From Thermoplasmata archaeon (GTDB lineage Archaea > Thermoplasmatota > E2 > DHVEG-1 > B18-G2), in the NCBI GenBank assembly GCA_021163455.1, contig JAGGWT010000027.1, forward strand, positions 1 through 27,445: DNA of 27,445 nucleotides, read 5' to 3'. The notes below the pieces were generated by a model. It saw only the letters and a program-made list of their open reading frames with translations. It did no database searches and was not told the origin of the DNA. The translations under genes were made by a program, and so were the position numbers. Positions 25,211 to 27,445 of this stretch are shown here, in pieces. Each line of letters opens with the position of its first letter. Position 1 is the first letter of the stretch.

Positions 25211-27445
25211 ATGGGGGATACTCTGTTAGGAATATCATCCGAGTATCTGTATATTCACGGTAAAAAACCAAAGTTAGTGGAAGATATACATTCCCCCCAC
25301 TTTCTTGTATTCTCCAGAAACGAGACCATAGAAGCGGACAGAAAAAGATTGATAGATGCTTGGAAAAAATCTCAGGATACTCCTCTGAGACACATAAAGG
25401 ATGTTGGTGAGATAGAAAGATTCAGAAGTTTCTGGGATTTTGGTAAGGAGATAAAAGCATTCAGGGTTTTTGTGGACAGATCATTTCTGGTTCCAGAGGT
25501 CAGCGATTACATCTTTTTCAATCTGAATCTCTACACCGCGGAGCACGATATTCCATATCATCAGAGGGTACTCATAGACCTGGCTGTTGAGGATAAAGCA
25601 TGGATTCTCGACACCGAAGGGATAAAGAAAAAACTGAGGGTCCTCGTTTACGACATAGAAACAACAGAGTTTGAAGAGGGAAGAACTGATCTGCCGATAG
25701 ATATCCTTGGATTTTCATCCTTTGACGTATCCATAGAATCCGAGAAGAATCTCGACAGGGAAGAGTTCAATTTTGAAATCAAGGACATACCTTCGAGCTG
25801 GAGAGATTGCGAGGTCATACAGTTTGTATCGAGAAACGAAGATGAGGAAATAGATAATCTCCTGAACTTCTGCAACATGGTGAGACAGCATGATATCATA
25901 TCAGGTCACAACATTGTCGGTTTTGATAACAGACAGATACATGGCAGGGTAGAGAAAATTCTCAGAGAAAGAACAGACAGCCTGTCCAAAGAACAGATAG
26001 AGCTATTCAAAGAATTTCTGAATCAGTATTCAAGAAAAGACAGGTCCTTCCACTTCGGTGTGGGCTCAGAGATAATAAATCTCTACCCATCAACCTTTGA
26101 TACCTATCTGGGAGTGAGGAAATTCTATCCATATCTCGATGATTTTGGATTAAAATCGGTAGCTCCCTTTCTGGGTGTGAAGATAGAGGGCAGAGTTTAT
26201 CTCATGCCCAGCCAGATAAGAATAGATGATAGAACCCTCAAATACAACAAACAGGATGTTCAGGAGCAGGCAGGCGTTACCATAAGTCTTCTGGAGCAGG
26301 CATTACCGCTTGCCTTCACAACATGCATGCCCTTTGACATGCTCCTTGAGAGCGGAGCCGTTAACATGTGGGACCACATGGCAATGATAAGAGCCACAAA
26401 GATAAAGAAAATAATACCACCTCTCGCTAAAGCTTTACCTGTCGCCCAGAGTCTTTTGAAACTCTTTCCCAATGCTAAGAAGAAGGAAGATATATCAAAG
26501 GCGAGCAGAGAGAAGAGAAATCAGATATCAAAAGACCTTATCAGGATTGTAAAGTATGGCATCGAAATGCCTGACTGGGTTGAGTATCCTGAAGTTATAT
26601 TCAACAAATCAGCCAAGGACAGAGAGGACATACTCAACTATCACATACCCGGAGGAATGACGATAAAGCCGGACAAGGATGCAAATTCTCATTTCATACC
26701 GTGGTACTATGTTATCGTCGCAGATGTTGGAGCTATGTATCCTACCATACTTAAGGCGCTGAACTTTGGTGCCGATGTTGTGAGGCTGGCGAGAAAGGAT
26801 GAGATACCGGATTACTGGGTCTGGCTGAAGAAATTACCGAAGAGCTTTCTTGAGAGCAGGAAGATAATGTGGAAGGAAGTGGATTCCTCAGAATCATTTG
26901 CAGACTCAGGATACATGGTTGGCATAAGGATAGACAGCAACCCCGGTGTTGTGAACAGAGCAATGACGGGTATAATGAACGTGATAGCAAAGATAAAAGA
27001 GAATCTGAAGAAAGAGGAGGACCCTGAGAAGAAGAGAAGACTCAAGATGATATATCAGAGCCTCAAAGGCGCAAGAAACGCAGGAACTCATGGCATACTT
27101 TCAGCCCCAACAGTTTCTGGCAGACAGTTCAACATATGGGGCGCCGCCGCGATAACCACGAAGGGACAGGAAATACTTTTTGACACGCTGAAAAGATTGA
27201 AAGAGAAGGGAATAAGGATTGTTTACGGAGATACCGATGGTATATATATCGCCTGCTCCAGATCTATAGATAGTGTCCCGGAACTTGCAAAGGCACTCAA
27301 TGTGGAGGTGAAAAAAGAAGAAGATCACTGGATAACATCACCAGAGATTGCCTACGATGCCATAAGAGAGTGTTCTGATATATGGAAGAAGAGATTAAGA
27401 TATAAGGGCTTTGAACTCGAACCCGAAAAGCATGATGCCATGATA
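25211..27445 (+). CDS. polB: Divergent family B DNA polymerase, 3'-truncated by the window end
   Basis: Translated by hand as open from ATG 25211 to the end (745 codons). Exo I YDIETT (25649), Exo II GHNIVGFD, Exo III YNKQD, motif A DVGAMYPT (26723), motif B KGARNAGTHG (27065), motif C YGDTDG (27224). Confidence 0.92.
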   Translation, partial: MGDTLLGISSEYLYIHGKKPKLVEDIHSPHFLVFSRNETIEADRKRLIDAWKKSQDTPLRHIKDVGEIERFRSFWDFGKEIKAFRVFVDRSFLVPEVSDYIFFNLNLYTAEHDIPYHQRVLIDLAVEDKAWILDTEGIKKKLRVLVYDIETTEFEEGRTDLPIDILGFSSFDVSIESEKNLDREEFNFEIKDIPSSWRDCEVIQFVSRNEDEEIDNLLNFCNMVRQHDIISGHNIVGFDNRQIHGRVEKILRERTDSLSKEQIELFKEFLNQYSRKDRSFHFGVGSEIINLYPSTFDTYLGVRKFYPYLDDFGLKSVAPFLGVKIEGRVYLMPSQIRIDDRTLKYNKQDVQEQAGVTISLLEQALPLAFTTCMPFDMLLESGAVNMWDHMAMIRATKIKKIIPPLAKALPVAQSLLKLFPNAKKKEDISKASREKRNQISKDLIRIVKYGIEMPDWVEYPEVIFNKSAKDREDILNYHIPGGMTIKPDKDANSHFIPWYYVIVADVGAMYPTILKALNFGADVVRLARKDEIPDYWVWLKKLPKSFLESRKIMWKEVDSSESFADSGYMVGIRIDSNPGVVNRAMTGIMNVIAKIKENLKKEEDPEKKRRLKMIYQSLKGARNAGTHGILSAPTVSGRQFNIWGAAAITTKGQEILFDTLKRLKEKGIRIVYGDTDGIYIACSRSIDSVPELAKALNVEVKKEEDHWITSPEIAYDAIRECSDIWKKRLRYKGFELEPEKHDAMI

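Noticed and set aside
26420-26650. Intein in PolB
   Set aside because: No Cys/Ser start block, no His-Asn end and no LAGLIDADG motif; not at a usual motif-internal insertion site.
385-27328. Numerous 60-190 aa antisense or alternate-frame ORFs (for example 385..831, 1110..1673, 21141..21626, 22200..22742)
   Set aside because: Shadows of well-supported genes, with no motifs or RBS.
1-27445. CRISPR array, IS element or provirus
   Set aside because: No regularly spaced direct repeats, terminal inverted repeats, transposase or phage genes were recognised by eye.

Overview
Archaeal chromosomal segment, most likely Thermoplasmata (inferred from gene families such as the NosD/PKD secreted proteins, not from a search). 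Left to right: an AT-rich stretch with an origin-recognition-box (ORB)-like motif; a housekeeping run (DUF99, ferredoxin, geranylgeranyl reductase, NAD kinase, JAMM protease, two membrane proteins, pdaD); a signalling cluster (lipid-anchored FIST protein, two paralogous histidine kinases, a four-PAS protein with no output domain, no response regulator); a coiled-coil protein; rad50-mre11; a CoA-disulfide reductase/NADH oxidase; rps3ae; a two-hairpin box H/ACA guide RNA hidden in the rps3ae upstream region; a frameshifted beta-propeller remnant; tRNA-Thr(CGU); two secreted beta-helix proteins; PPAT; a small conserved hypothetical; an HDAC-family hydrolase; and an atypical family B DNA polymerase running off the right end (absent from the ORF track). 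No CRISPR array, transposase or integrase was seen. Best leads: the H/ACA RNA and its predicted 23S targets, the extracellular FIST/kinase/PAS system, the PolB with an altered motif B, and the ORB.
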